Source of the DNA: an uncultured Bacteroidaceae bacterium
GTDB lineage: Bacteria > Bacteroidota > Bacteroidia > Bacteroidales > GCA-2748055
Assembly: GCA_964479445.1 (NCBI GenBank)
Contig: CAYZMH010000001.1
Coordinates: 181,754-245,753 of the forward strand
DNA length: 64,000 nucleotides
Direction of reading: 5' to 3'
Shown here: in pieces, positions 18,680-31,726 of the stretch
How positions within the stretch are numbered: the stretch's first letter is position 1
How the letters are laid out: every line of letters starts with the position of its first letter
Position numbers and translations under genes: made by a program
Notes under the pieces: generated by a model
Told to the model about the DNA's origin: nothing
What the model saw: the letters and a program-made list of their open reading frames with translations, nothing else
The model's database searches: none

Positions 18680-18955
18680 CTACAAATTTTTAAGATCATC
18701 AACGACCTTCGTCAGCTCAAAAAGGTCTTCTTTAATCTTCTTATAATGTGCTTTCAGACTGGAACTTTCAGCATCTGCTTCAGGATGGTTGATTCGCAGG
18801 ATCAGATCATTGCGCAGGAGCACAATCTTTTTAATGACCTGGTCAAAACTGGTTTCATTTAGTTCCGGGTTATAATACCTGTATGAGAAGCACTCCGCCA
18901 GGAGCTCATAGGTCAATACATTAATGTCTTTTTTTAATCTTCGGATACTGGCCAT
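18680..18955 (-). CDS. small helical cytoplasmic hypothetical protein inside the ABC operon
   Basis: 91 aa with no signal peptide or TM helix, charged with heptad-like spacing. It lies 2 nt upstream of the permease and 35 nt downstream of the binding-protein gene. Confidence 0.55.
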   Translation of the reverse strand: MASIRRLKKDINVLTYELLAECFSYRYYNPELNETSFDQVIKKIVLLRNDLILRINHPEADAESSSLKAHYKKIKEDLFELTKVVDDLKNL

Positions 18956-18990
18956 CTGGGCAAAAAATTGATTTCTACCAAATGTAATGA

Positions 18991-20133
18991 TTATTTTAAA
19001 GACTCATAATAGAATAAAGAGTCAGGCCTGGGATTGGTTTTATGAAAAACAAAGATCAGGTCCTGCAGGATGCGATCCGGTCTGAGTAATCCGGATTCCC
19101 AATAATCATTCCCCCCGGATGGATTCAATCGTTTATTGTTGTTATAGACACGACCTGATTGAAATGCCTTTAGATGCGTGAAGCGATCATCTCTCTGTCG
19201 TATATCGGACAGGGAACGGGCATCGCCCGGATTAAGCCATATATCCGATTCCAGTACGCGCTGGAAAACCGTCTCCAGATCGTAGGGCAACGCTTCATCC
19301 GTTTCCAGGTCTTTCCATACATAACTTCCCCCTGCATCTTCAATGAACTGCGCTGCAAAGGAGTTTCCGCCGGCAATATACCAGCTCTCTTTCCATGGCA
19401 GTCCCATAAAAACAGCAGGATTGCCCGTGAACTTTTCAGCATGCGTTGCCAACTTTTCATAGCGGGATCTTACCCTGTCAAAATGTTGGTCTGCCTGACC
19501 CGTCTTTTCGAAAAAAGCACCGAAAAACCTGATCCATTCAGCTCTTCCAAGTGGATGCCTCTCCAGGTAATCGGGACACAGGACCGGCTGCAGTCCCAGG
19601 TCCTTCATTTTAGAAATAGTGCGGGTGATTCCTGCATCAATACCATAGAGAAAAACCACATCCGGTTGCAGGTCAATCAACAGTTCGTAATTCAGGTTAC
19701 GATCGGTTCCTATCTCTTTGATCAGGCCTGAATCATTCATTTTCCTGATTTCAGGATGGTAAACATTGCCATTGCCCGATATACCTTTTATTACCTCCTT
19801 TTCATTGAGTTCCAACAGGTGGGGAATAAATGTGGTGGAGTACAGGGCTACCTTATCGACCGGGGTTTTGATGAAAGGAACCGAGGTGAGACTGTCGGGA
19901 ATTTTTAAGTCATCCTTACCCAGTAAATACCGGAAAACCACATCCTTTGATGCTTTCTGCCATGGCGCTGAAACGGATACAAGCGTGTATGAACCTGTCT
20001 CTTCCATGGTGAAATGCTCGGCATACCGATGCGGTGAAGACGGTTGGCTTCTCTTCTTACCCTGGTGATCTGTTCCGCAGGAAACAGCGGCCATCGTCAG
20101 AAGGATGAGGGTCACTTTTTTAAATAGTGTCAT
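18991..20133 (-). CDS. ABC transporter periplasmic substrate-binding lipoprotein (BtuF/FhuD/HmuT class)
   Basis: Lipobox AAVSCG. Size and operon context match the cluster A (Peripla_BP_2) type binding proteins. ATGA overlap with the upstream protease gene. Confidence 0.75.
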   Translation of the reverse strand: MTLFKKVTLILLTMAAVSCGTDHQGKKRSQPSSPHRYAEHFTMEETGSYTLVSVSAPWQKASKDVVFRYLLGKDDLKIPDSLTSVPFIKTPVDKVALYSTTFIPHLLELNEKEVIKGISGNGNVYHPEIRKMNDSGLIKEIGTDRNLNYELLIDLQPDVVFLYGIDAGITRTISKMKDLGLQPVLCPDYLERHPLGRAEWIRFFGAFFEKTGQADQHFDRVRSRYEKLATHAEKFTGNPAVFMGLPWKESWYIAGGNSFAAQFIEDAGGSYVWKDLETDEALPYDLETVFQRVLESDIWLNPGDARSLSDIRQRDDRFTHLKAFQSGRVYNNNKRLNPSGGNDYWESGLLRPDRILQDLIFVFHKTNPRPDSLFYYESLK

Positions 20134-21782
20134 TGCCTGATAAACTTCAGTGTTCCATAGAAGCGAGCACCTGTAACACTGATAAGGTATACTCCCCGCT
20201 CAAGTCCGGAAACATCAATTTCGACCGGTTTTCCTGATGACAGGCTCTTTTCCATTTTTGTTTTACCGGTGATATCCTGAATACGAATAATCGATGATTC
20301 TTCGCTTGTCTCTTTCATTGAAAGATAGAGGTGATTTTTAACCGGATTAGGATATATGGAAAAACCGGCATTGTATGTAACAGGCTGTATACTTAAGGTA
20401 TTGGGATTCAATCCGCCGATGGAAGCCTGTCCGGTGTGAGCCGGATCAAGCCATTTCCGGAGTTGCTTACTGGGATGATCGTAATAATTGAATGCGTAGA
20501 ATAATTTCGAATAAAAATCATCAGTGTTACCAGTTAGATCATATATAACGCGCTGTTTTTCTTCATCATAACCGATTGAATCACCACAGTAGGCCAGGCC
20601 TCCCGACAGTAACCCGATGACTTTTTTGTTTGCATTGAACAGTGGCGAACCGGATGAACCTCCCTCGGTAGTTCCGACATCCCATTGCTTGATCCACAGG
20701 TTCGAGGAAACGATGTAATCATTCAGATCACCCGGAACCCAGGTAGCGGTGTGGGTTGCGTCAAAATCCTTGGAGATCTTTTTTGCATCTGCATTGGGAT
20801 GATGGATGGTTGCCGTGGAGTAGTGATTCTGATACCTGGCGTCCCATCCGGCATAATAGACGTTATATTCCCTGGGCGGTTTCGATGAGAGTTTCAGCAG
20901 GGTGAAATCAATGCTGTCTGCTGTGGCGATCAATTGAGCACCTCCTATGGAAAAGTCTGCGGAGGCATCATCCCCGAAACAGTCGGTGTTCTCGTATCCG
21001 AAATAGAACGTGGTATACCCTGCAATCACGTTGCTGCTCACGCAATGCTCGGCAGTCAGTATGTAGGGCGTTCCGTTATAAGCGGTGTTGTTTACTAAAA
21101 CCCCCGTGCACAATTGAGTTGGTGTTTCAATGTAACAAACCGAATTCTTGAGTATCTGCCATTCATCTCCCTCGGTGCAATTGATGTCAATTTCGCATGC
21201 CTGGGCCGTTCCGGGACCCACATCGTCTTTTAAACCATGGGAAAGGAAAGCGATCTCCAGGGATCCGAACTCACCGGAAGGATTTTCTACCTGTAGCTCA
21301 ATGATCACCTCTTCACCGGGAAGATGCCCTATAGCGAATCGTTCCGAATCTTTGTTGTTTTGCGCATTGAACGCGCCTTTAATATGTTTTCCTTCCGGTG
21401 TATAAACAAATAACCGTGCATCGGATGTAAGCGAAAACCTGTTAAACCCGATGCCTATGGATTTCGCATCGGGTGAAATAAGGTGTGCTCTCCATACATG
21501 GGTATCTCCTTTCCTGATCCACTGTCCGTTATTACCCGGATTGATATCTATTGTGCGCTTTATGGCAAAGGGGACCGTTTTATGAAAGGATTCCTGTCCG
21601 GTGCTCTTTGCCAGGGCATCCACTTCAAGGGGATGGAGCGGGGGCAGAAGATAGAGTACCTGCTCCGGATCGAAGTCATGGTTGTTCATAAGAGGCTGCC
21701 CTCCATATCTGACCTGTGCATAGATCTGTATATTAATGCAATGAGCGATCATCAGGGCATATAGTATATGGATTCTCTTCAT
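20130..21782 (-). CDS. secreted trypsin-like (S1, lysyl-endopeptidase-like) serine protease with a T9SS C-terminal sorting domain
   Basis: Signal peptide. His motif ILTAEHCV and Ser motif TEGGSSGSPLF. The C-terminal roughly 80 aa (FSIYPNPVKNHLYLSM ... GVYLISV ... LKFIRQ) match the Por/T9SS type A sorting domain. Confidence 0.8.
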   Translation of the reverse strand: MKRIHILYALMIAHCINIQIYAQVRYGGQPLMNNHDFDPEQVLYLLPPLHPLEVDALAKSTGQESFHKTVPFAIKRTIDINPGNNGQWIRKGDTHVWRAHLISPDAKSIGIGFNRFSLTSDARLFVYTPEGKHIKGAFNAQNNKDSERFAIGHLPGEEVIIELQVENPSGEFGSLEIAFLSHGLKDDVGPGTAQACEIDINCTEGDEWQILKNSVCYIETPTQLCTGVLVNNTAYNGTPYILTAEHCVSSNVIAGYTTFYFGYENTDCFGDDASADFSIGGAQLIATADSIDFTLLKLSSKPPREYNVYYAGWDARYQNHYSTATIHHPNADAKKISKDFDATHTATWVPGDLNDYIVSSNLWIKQWDVGTTEGGSSGSPLFNANKKVIGLLSGGLAYCGDSIGYDEEKQRVIYDLTGNTDDFYSKLFYAFNYYDHPSKQLRKWLDPAHTGQASIGGLNPNTLSIQPVTYNAGFSIYPNPVKNHLYLSMKETSEESSIIRIQDITGKTKMEKSLSSGKPVEIDVSGLERGVYLISVTGARFYGTLKFIRQ

Positions 21783-21841
21783 TATGGCTGGTTATTAAGC
21801 TTCAAAAATAGCAAAGATCATGGAAATAGAATTCATTTTAA

Positions 21842-23926
<2,085 letters not shown>

Positions 23927-23945
23927 TTGTAATTTTGGGGTGATT

Positions 23946-24479
23946 ATGGCCAACTGGAGAAAAAATATTACCAGGAAATATATCAGAAAGAAGCAGTTGG
24001 AGGCCAACCGGGATACAACGGTGCACAATTTCAAGACTGCCCGGAGTTCGGTTATCCTTTTTGATGCTTTATTACCCGATTGCTTCCCGGTGATCAAGGA
24101 TTTTCTGAAATACCTGGATAAACAGAAGATACAATCCTCTGTGCTCGGGTATGTGGACGAAAAAGAGGTTCCCCAGGAGATGTTGTTCTGGGAGAATATT
24201 GAGCTGATCACACGCAAGGAGACTAACTGGCTTTACCGGCCAAAAGGTCCTGTTGTTGAGTCATTTTTAGCAAAAAAACCGGATTTATTGTTTGTATTTG
24301 GCTTTCACCTGCCCATACCACTGGAGTACCTGGCGCGTTTATCTCCGGCTCATTTCAAGGTGGGATGTTACATGGAGGAGGAAAATGATTTTGATTTAAT
24401 GATCAATACAGGCGATGGTTGCGAAACTGCATTTTTTGTTGACCAGGTGAAACACTACATCAATATGTTGAATCAATAA
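23946..24479 (+). CDS. hypothetical protein
   Basis: 177-aa ORF between ligA and dapA on the same strand, with 19 and 14 nt gaps. I recognise no motif. Confidence 0.5.
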   Translation: MANWRKNITRKYIRKKQLEANRDTTVHNFKTARSSVILFDALLPDCFPVIKDFLKYLDKQKIQSSVLGYVDEKEVPQEMLFWENIELITRKETNWLYRPKGPVVESFLAKKPDLLFVFGFHLPIPLEYLARLSPAHFKVGCYMEEENDFDLMINTGDGCETAFFVDQVKHYINMLNQ

Positions 24480-24493
24480 ATATAAGGTCTTTT

Positions 24494-25381
24494 ATGACAA
24501 AAAAACACCCATTTGAAGGTACCGGTGTGGCAATGATTACTCCGTTCAAAGAGAACGGGGATATGGATTATCAGGCGTTGATAAGACACACCAATTACCT
24601 TATTGATAACAGGGTTGATTACCTGGTAGTTCTCGGAACAACAGCCGAAACACCTGCCCTCTCTCACCAGGAGAAACTGGATGTTATCGAATTGGTAAAA
24701 AAGACTGCAAAAGGACGCGTACCGTTGGTTATCGGAGCCGGGGGAAATAATACCAGCGATGTGATCAGGTGGATGGAACAGGTAGGATCGGATGGCATTG
24801 ATGCATATCTGAGTGTGGTGCCCTATTATAACAAGCCTTCACAAGCCGGTATGATATCACATTTTTCCACCATAGCAGCAACAACGGATGTACCCCTGCT
24901 TCTTTATAATGTCCCCGGAAGAACAGGATCCAATATGCAGGCAGATACTACGGTAACACTGGCACAGGAACTGGGAGATAAATTGATTGGTATCAAAGAA
25001 GCTTCCGGTGATCTTACACAGATTACACATATCATACGGGAAAAACCGGAATCGTTCCTGGTAATATCGGGTGATGATGCCATGACCCTCCCCCTGATTG
25101 CATTGGGAGCCAGCGGAGTAATATCTGTGATCGGAAATGCACTGCCCGAATTATTTACAAAAATGGTAGTCTCCGCCCTCCAGGGAGATTTTGATGATGC
25201 AAGGACCCTGCATTACAGGCTGCTCCCGTTGTTCAAGGCTATTTTTAAAGAGGGGAATCCTGCCGGGGTAAAAGCACTTATGTCCGAACAGGATATGGGG
25301 GTGAACGCGTTACGGCTGCCGTTGATTCCTGCCAGTAAAAACCTTCAGGAGGAGATCAGTCAGCTTTTCAAAACCTTGTAG
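24494..25381 (+). CDS. dapA: 4-hydroxy-tetrahydrodipicolinate synthase
   Basis: GTGVAMITPF, VVLGTTAE, VPYYNKPSQ, YNVPGRTG and the active-site Lys context IGIKEASGD. Confidence 0.95.
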   Translation: MTKKHPFEGTGVAMITPFKENGDMDYQALIRHTNYLIDNRVDYLVVLGTTAETPALSHQEKLDVIELVKKTAKGRVPLVIGAGGNNTSDVIRWMEQVGSDGIDAYLSVVPYYNKPSQAGMISHFSTIAATTDVPLLLYNVPGRTGSNMQADTTVTLAQELGDKLIGIKEASGDLTQITHIIREKPESFLVISGDDAMTLPLIALGASGVISVIGNALPELFTKMVVSALQGDFDDARTLHYRLLPLFKAIFKEGNPAGVKALMSEQDMGVNALRLPLIPASKNLQEEISQLFKTL

Positions 25382-25440
25382 GTAGGTCAGTTTTGATCTG
25401 CGCTTTGTTCAGATGAACAAATAAGTTGTTGAAGCAACGA

Positions 25441-28400
25441 TCAGGCTTCTCCGGCTCCCGGACGGCCGTGGCAATTCTTATATTTCTTCCCGCTTCCACA
25501 GGGACAGGGGTCATTGCGTCCTACCTTCTTTTCGACACGGACCGGTTGGGATTTTTGCGGTTTCCTGTCTCCCCCACCACCGCCTCCTGAGGGATCATTG
25601 TACCGCGGCATATCCTGTTTATTGGCTTCAAATTTGCTGAGATCCATTTTCCTGGGAGCATCAGCTTTTTTAACACTTTCAGGATCCCTCAGCGGTATAT
25701 GGACCTTCATCAGGGTTGAGACCACATCACGGTTTACTTTATCGATCATGGCTGTGAAAAGCTGGAACGCTTCGAACTTGTAGATCAGCAAAGGATCTTT
25801 CTGTTCATAGGCTGCATTCCTTACTGACTGACGAAGGTCATCCAGTTCACGAAGGTGTTCCTGCCAGGATTGATCGATCGTTGCAAGTATAATGGATTTC
25901 TCATACGATTTGACCAACTCCCGGCCTTCGGTGTTGTAGCATTTTTCCAGGTTAGCCAGCACCTGGAAAACTTTTGAGCCATCGGAGACAGGAACAACGA
26001 TGTTTTCATATACCTGCGACTGCCTTTCATAAACATCTTTGATCACAGGCATTGCCTGGGCAGAAATGCTTTCGCGTTTCCGTTTGACGGTAGCCAAAAG
26101 AATTTCATAAATAGAATCTATCAGATCCTGGCTGCTTATTTTTTTGAATTCAGACTGATCCACCGGGGATTCGATGGACAATACACGGATCAGTTCCATT
26201 TTAAATCCCTCAAAGTCATCTCCATCATGGTAGTTGTTTACGATGCTCTCCGTTACATCGTACAACATGTTGGCAATATCGAGTCCGAGTCGCTCTCCGA
26301 ACAATGCGTGCCGCCTGCGTTTATAGATAACTTCGCGCTGCGAATTCATCACATCGTCATATTCAAGCAGGTTTTTCCGGATTCCGAAATTATTCTCTTC
26401 CACTTTCTTCTGGGCCCGCTCGATGGACTTGGTGATCATGGAATGCTGGATCACTTCGCCCTCTTTCAGACCCATTCGATCCATCAGGCCGGCAATCCGG
26501 TCGGAGCTGAAAAGACGCATAAGGTCATCTTCCAGGGACACATAGAACTGAGACGATCCGGGGTCTCCCTGACGGCCTGCCCGCCCGCGAAGCTGACGAT
26601 CAACTCGTCGCGACTCATGTCGTTCTGTTCCAATGATAGCCAGACCACCTGCCTTTTTTACCTCGGGGGACAGCTTGATGTCCGTTCCGCGCCCGGCCAT
26701 ATTGGTGGCAATTGTTACCGTGCCGGGCTGACCGGCCTGGGCTACAATCTCGGCTTCCCGCTGGTGCAGTTTGGCATTGAGAACATTATGATTAATTTTT
26801 CGAATTTTGAGCATACGTGCCAGAAGCTCGGAGACCTCTACGGATGTGGTACCCACCAAACTGGGTCTTCCTTCATTATGCAGTCTGACAAGCTCATCAA
26901 TAACCGAGTTGTATTTCTCCCTTTTCGTTTTGTAGATCATGTCCTCCCGGTCATCTCTGACCACCGGTTCATTGGTCGGGATAACCATAACATCAAGCTT
27001 GTAAATATCCCAGAACTCTCCCGCTTCAGTTTCCGCAGTACCTGTCATACCCGCTAATTTATGATACATACGGAAATAGTTCTGCAGTGTAATGGTTGCC
27101 CATGTCTGGGTGGCGGCCTCTACTTTAACATTCTCCTTGGCTTCAATGGCCTGGTGAAGTCCGTCGGAATACCTGCGCCCTTCCATAATCCTACCGGTCT
27201 GTTCATCCACAATCTTCACCTTATTATCCATTACCACGTACTCCACATCCTTCTCGAACATGGCATAGGCTTTAAGAAGCTGGTTAACCGTATGGATACG
27301 TTCCGATTTAACCGCGTAGTCCTGGAGCATTTTATCCTTGGTCTCCAGTTTCTTCTTTTCGGGCATTTCCGATTTCTCGATCTCCGCTATTTCGCTACCG
27401 ATATCCGGGAGAATAAAGAAGTTAGGATCATCGGAGGTGCCGGTAATCAGATCAATTCCTTTATCAGTAAGCTCCACGGAATTCAGCTTCTCTTCGATTA
27501 CAAAGTAGAGATCATCCGTAACAAGGTGCATGTGTTTGGAATTCTCCTGCATGTAATGGTTCTCGGTCTTAAGCATCAGGGTCTTGTTCCCCTCTTCACT
27601 GAGGAGCTTGATCAGTGCCTTGTTTTTTGGAAATCCCTTATGCGCCTGGAGCAATTTAAAACCTGCCTTTTCCGTGTTCTCTGCATCCAGGTATTTTTTG
27701 GCATCAATGATTACCTGGTTGATCAGTTCTTTTTGCGTATTGATAATCCGTTGCACTTTGGGTTTATATTCCATGAACTCGTGGTTCTCTCCTTTCGGAA
27801 CCGGGCCCGAAATAATCAGAGGAGTACGTGCATCATCAATCAGTACAGAGTCCACCTCATCCACGATGGAATAATTGTGTTTCCGCTGCACCAATTCTTC
27901 CGGTGCATGGGCCATGTTGTCCCGCAGGTAATCAAAACCAAATTCATTATTCGTGCCAAATGCCACATCACATTTATAGGCCTGGCGACGGCTATCAGAA
28001 CTTGGTTGGTGCTTGTCAATACAATCTACACTGAGACCGTGAAATTCATACATGGGTCCCATCCATTCAGAATCTCTTTTTGCCAGGTAGTCATTCACTG
28101 TTACGATATGCACACCTCTTCCCGTTAGTGCGTTAAGGAATACAGGAAGGGTTGCAACCAGTGTTTTCCCTTCTCCGGTAGCCATCTCGGCGATCCGGCC
28201 CTGGTGCAATGCCACGCCGCCGATAAGCTGAACGTCGTAGTGGATCATATCCCAGGTAATTTCGTTGCCGCCTGCAATCCACCGGTTTTTCCAGATTGCT
28301 TTATCCCCCTTTATTTCAATATGGTCATATTGAGCTGCCAGGTTTTTATCATAATCCCGGGCTGTAACTTCCAGGATCTCATTTTCCTTGAACCGTTTAG

Positions 28401-28758
28401 CTGTCTCCCTGATAATGGCAAATGCCTCGGGAAGGCATTCATCAAGAATATTATCAAAACGCTCATCAATATACTCTTCCAGCTTATCAATCTCTTTATA
28501 GATCTCTTCTTTCTCGGTGACTTCCACCTCAGGGTCTTCTGCTTTTTCTTTCATGGCCTGGAGACGTTCCTCCTCCTCTTTCACGTACTCCTTAATCCGA
28601 CTTTTAAGTGCCCGTGATTTCTCCCTCAGCTCATCATTTGTGATATCATGCAATTGTGCATAGATCTCTTTTGTCTGGTTAACCTGGGGCATAACTTCCC
28701 GCATGTCACGGTCTGACTTATTTCCAAAAAACTTTGAGAGAATTTTATTGATGTCCAT
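25441..28758 (-). CDS. secA: preprotein translocase ATPase SecA
   Basis: 1105 aa. [43 protein letters not shown], and the C-terminal zinc motif [14 protein letters not shown]. Confidence 0.97.
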   Translation of the reverse strand: MDINKILSKFFGNKSDRDMREVMPQVNQTKEIYAQLHDITNDELREKSRALKSRIKEYVKEEEERLQAMKEKAEDPEVEVTEKEEIYKEIDKLEEYIDERFDNILDECLPEAFAIIRETAKRFKENEILEVTARDYDKNLAAQYDHIEIKGDKAIWKNRWIAGGNEITWDMIHYDVQLIGGVALHQGRIAEMATGEGKTLVATLPVFLNALTGRGVHIVTVNDYLAKRDSEWMGPMYEFHGLSVDCIDKHQPSSDSRRQAYKCDVAFGTNNEFGFDYLRDNMAHAPEELVQRKHNYSIVDEVDSVLIDDARTPLIISGPVPKGENHEFMEYKPKVQRIINTQKELINQVIIDAKKYLDAENTEKAGFKLLQAHKGFPKNKALIKLLSEEGNKTLMLKTENHYMQENSKHMHLVTDDLYFVIEEKLNSVELTDKGIDLITGTSDDPNFFILPDIGSEIAEIEKSEMPEKKKLETKDKMLQDYAVKSERIHTVNQLLKAYAMFEKDVEYVVMDNKVKIVDEQTGRIMEGRRYSDGLHQAIEAKENVKVEAATQTWATITLQNYFRMYHKLAGMTGTAETEAGEFWDIYKLDVMVIPTNEPVVRDDREDMIYKTKREKYNSVIDELVRLHNEGRPSLVGTTSVEVSELLARMLKIRKINHNVLNAKLHQREAEIVAQAGQPGTVTIATNMAGRGTDIKLSPEVKKAGGLAIIGTERHESRRVDRQLRGRAGRQGDPGSSQFYVSLEDDLMRLFSSDRIAGLMDRMGLKEGEVIQHSMITKSIERAQKKVEENNFGIRKNLLEYDDVMNSQREVIYKRRRHALFGERLGLDIANMLYDVTESIVNNYHDGDDFEGFKMELIRVLSIESPVDQSEFKKISSQDLIDSIYEILLATVKRKRESISAQAMPVIKDVYERQSQVYENIVVPVSDGSKVFQVLANLEKCYNTEGRELVKSYEKSIILATIDQSWQEHLRELDDLRQSVRNAAYEQKDPLLIYKFEAFQLFTAMIDKVNRDVVSTLMKVHIPLRDPESVKKADAPRKMDLSKFEANKQDMPRYNDPSGGGGGGDRKPQKSQPVRVEKKVGRNDPCPCGSGKKYKNCHGRPGAGEA

Positions 28759-28899
28759 GCTGTCTGTTTTCCGATTTATGTGTGCTAACGAGCCACAAAG
28801 GTAATTATTTTATTGATCCGATATCCGGCAATACACTATTCAAACCTGCAAAAACCAGGCCCTGTTTCCGGTTCTGGAAGAAGCTCTTTTTGACATAGG

Positions 28900-29814
28900 T
28901 TAGCCTGCTTTTACTGACCGCTTCCGGCCGGCAAGAATTACGATAACAGCACCTGACAGAACAGTAATAGCACCCACAATGCTTATGAGTGAAAATCGCT
29001 CCGGCTCAATCCAGCTTACCCCGGTTCTGGTCGCCAACCCCATCAGGACAAAGGTGATTACCGGGTTCAGGGTAATGATTACACTCACCCGACTGGCCTC
29101 TGTGTATTTAATGGCCAGGGCCAGTGAGCCATAGGCCAGTACCGTGTTCAGGCCCAGGAAATACATAAGACCCCATTCAGGCGCTGAGAGGGTTACGAAC
29201 CGCGAAAAATCCACAAAAGCGATCAACATCACTGAACAAAAGGCATATATAAACAGGTTCAGTTGATTGGTTGGATAGCGTTTTACGAGCTTTTTCTGTA
29301 TACTGGCGAATACTCCCCAGGAGAGTCCGCCAGCCAACACAAGGAGGATACCTGTTGTGAGCTGGTTACCCTGGTCGACAAGGGCAAGTAATTGCTGAGA
29401 ATAAAAAAGCCCCATACCTCCAATAACCAGCAGGAATCCTGCCAGGTGCTTCCATGTCATTTTTTCCCTGAAAATAAAGATCCCCGCCAGGGCAAAACTT
29501 ACCGGTCCGGCCTGTATAAATACCTGGGCTGTAGACGGGGAAACATACTTCATCCCGGAGATGAAACCCAGGTAGTTTCCACCAAGGAAAATGGCTGCCA
29601 ATACAAGGATTAGAGGAAACCTGTAAAAAATACGAAAATCAGAAGGTTTTACCAGTGCTGTTATCACGGCAAGGGTGATAAAGGCACTGGTAAACCGAAA
29701 CCAAACGACCGTTACCGGAGGCACCTCCATAACGGCCATTTTAAGGGCAATAGCCAGAAATCCCCAGAGAAGGGCAGTGAGAGAGGCAAAGATCAGCCCC
29801 CTTGAATGATCCAA
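28900..29814 (-). CDS. EamA/DMT family transporter
   Basis: 304 aa with ten predicted TM helices in a 5+5 arrangement. The N-terminus FASLTALLWGFLAIALK is typical of EamA. Confidence 0.75.
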   Translation of the reverse strand: MDHSRGLIFASLTALLWGFLAIALKMAVMEVPPVTVVWFRFTSAFITLAVITALVKPSDFRIFYRFPLILVLAAIFLGGNYLGFISGMKYVSPSTAQVFIQAGPVSFALAGIFIFREKMTWKHLAGFLLVIGGMGLFYSQQLLALVDQGNQLTTGILLVLAGGLSWGVFASIQKKLVKRYPTNQLNLFIYAFCSVMLIAFVDFSRFVTLSAPEWGLMYFLGLNTVLAYGSLALAIKYTEASRVSVIITLNPVITFVLMGLATRTGVSWIEPERFSLISIVGAITVLSGAVIVILAGRKRSVKAG

Positions 29815-29826
29815 TCTCTTCTTTTT

Positions 29827-30336
29827 TTACTCATCTTCCCCGTCTCCGGATGCTGCCCGCATGGACAGTATGTCCCTGTCGAACATATACATATTCTTAT
29901 CTCCCACCAGCTTGAGTTTATCAATGATGGCGCGTGCCGAGGCTTCTTCTTCAATCTGTTCAGTGACAAACCATTGTATCCAGTTATGGGTGGTATAGTC
30001 CTTTTCTTCCATACACACCCCTACAATTTCATTGATGGAACGGGTGACGTACTGTTCATGCTCCAGGACCTGGTCAAACAGTTCCTTCGCATTGTTAAAC
30101 TCTTTGGGAGGCTGTTTCATCCCGGGAATAATCGCCTGACCATCCCGTTCATTGATATATTTTACCAGCTTGAGCATGTGCATGCGCTCTTCATCAGACT
30201 GCGCATAGAGCCATTCGGCAGTTCCCTCAAGTCCCTGCGTCTCGGCCCATGAAGCCATGGCAAGATATAACTGGGAGGAATAATCCTCTTTTTCTACCTG
30301 TACATTGAGAATCTCTTCTACTTTTTTTTCTAACAT
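29827..30336 (-). CDS. ftnA: non-heme ferritin
   Basis: 169 aa. Ferroxidase ligand pattern: NxQVxKEDYSSQLYLAMASWA, EERMHMLKL, VLEHEQYVT. Confidence 0.85.
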   Translation of the reverse strand: MLEKKVEEILNVQVEKEDYSSQLYLAMASWAETQGLEGTAEWLYAQSDEERMHMLKLVKYINERDGQAIIPGMKQPPKEFNNAKELFDQVLEHEQYVTRSINEIVGVCMEEKDYTTHNWIQWFVTEQIEEEASARAIIDKLKLVGDKNMYMFDRDILSMRAASGDGEDE

Positions 30337-30409
30337 GGTTACTATTTTTAAGTTTTACAATTTCAATATGTGTATTCAATATACTGGCGGGTAAATACCC
30401 CTAATCCGT

Positions 30410-31675
30410 TTACATATTATCTATGATTGATTGTCCGAATTCGGAACATTTCAACTCGGTGGCTCCATCCAGCAGGCGGGCAAAATCATAGGTTACCCGT
30501 TTCTGCCGGATAGAGGATTCAAGACCTTTTACAATCAGTTCGGCAGCTTCATCCCAACCTAGGTGACGCAGCATCATCACGCCCGAGAGTATGAGTGAGC
30601 CAGGGTTCACTTTATCCATACCGGCATATTTTGGTGCCGTACCGTGTGTTGCTTCGAAAATCGCATGTCCCGTTATGTAGTTGATATTTGCACCGGGAGC
30701 AATTCCAATGCCACCGACAATGGCCGCCAGTGCATCTGATATATAATCCCCGTTAAGGTTCATCGTGGCGATAACAGAGTATTCAGCCGGCCTTGTAAGG
30801 ATTTGCTGAAGAAAAGCATCAGCGATAACGTCTTTTATGATGATCTTTCCTTCCTCAACAGCCCGGGCCTGCATTTCGTTTGCTTTTTCCTTCCCCTCCT
30901 TTTCAACAATGCGATCGTACTGGTTCCAGGTGAAAACCAGGTTTCCAAACTCTTTTTCGGCTAACTGGTAACCCCAATCCTTAAACAGTCCTTCGGTAAA
31001 TTTCATAATGTTCCCCTTGTGAACCAGGGTTACTGACGGAAGTTTCTCTCTGATGGCATGCTGTATGGCTGCACGAACCAATCGCTCGGTACCTTCCCTT
31101 GAAATGGGTTTGATACCGATAGAGGCGGTTTCCGGAAACCTGATGGAGGAGACTCCCATCTCTTCGAGCAGAAATTTCTTCACTTTACCGGCCTCTTCCG
31201 TTCCGGTCTTCCATTCAATCCCCGCATAGATATCTTCAGAGTTTTCTCTGAAAATCACCATATCCGTAGTGGAAGGATCCTTTACGGGCGATGGGACTCC
31301 CTGATAATATCTTACAGGACGCAAACAGACATAGAGATCCAATATCTGGCGCAGGGCGACATTTAAAGAGCGGATTCCCCCTCCTACCGGCGTTGTAAGC
31401 GGACCTTTAATAGCTATAAGGTATTCATTAATGATATCAAGGGTTTCTGAGGGCAGCCATTTACCTGTTTTGTGGTATGCCTTTTCACCGGCATACACCT
31501 CTTTCCATGAAATTTTTCGTTTTCCTGCATAAGCTTTCTCAACCGCGGCATCGAATACCCTTACAGAAGAAGCCCAGATGTCAGGTCCGGTCCCGTCCCC
31601 TTCAATAAAAGGAATAATCGGTTCGTCCGGAACATTTAGTTTTCCATACTGATTTTGAATTTTTTCAGCAGCCAT
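30410..31675 (-). CDS. icd: NADP-dependent isocitrate dehydrogenase
   Basis: 421 aa. [51 protein letters not shown]. Confidence 0.95.
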   Translation of the reverse strand: MAAEKIQNQYGKLNVPDEPIIPFIEGDGTGPDIWASSVRVFDAAVEKAYAGKRKISWKEVYAGEKAYHKTGKWLPSETLDIINEYLIAIKGPLTTPVGGGIRSLNVALRQILDLYVCLRPVRYYQGVPSPVKDPSTTDMVIFRENSEDIYAGIEWKTGTEEAGKVKKFLLEEMGVSSIRFPETASIGIKPISREGTERLVRAAIQHAIREKLPSVTLVHKGNIMKFTEGLFKDWGYQLAEKEFGNLVFTWNQYDRIVEKEGKEKANEMQARAVEEGKIIIKDVIADAFLQQILTRPAEYSVIATMNLNGDYISDALAAIVGGIGIAPGANINYITGHAIFEATHGTAPKYAGMDKVNPGSLILSGVMMLRHLGWDEAAELIVKGLESSIRQKRVTYDFARLLDGATELKCSEFGQSIIDNM

Positions 31676-31726
31676 AGGATTTGTTTAGTGAAACATTTAA
31701 ATTATACAAATAGTGGTAAATTATGT

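Noticed and set aside
26227-28128. Two long plus-strand ORFs (276 aa and 355 aa) inside secA
   Set aside because: They lie entirely antisense to an unambiguous secA CDS. Their sequences are low-complexity and Leu/Phe/His-rich with no motifs, which is typical of shadow ORFs generated by codon bias of the real gene.
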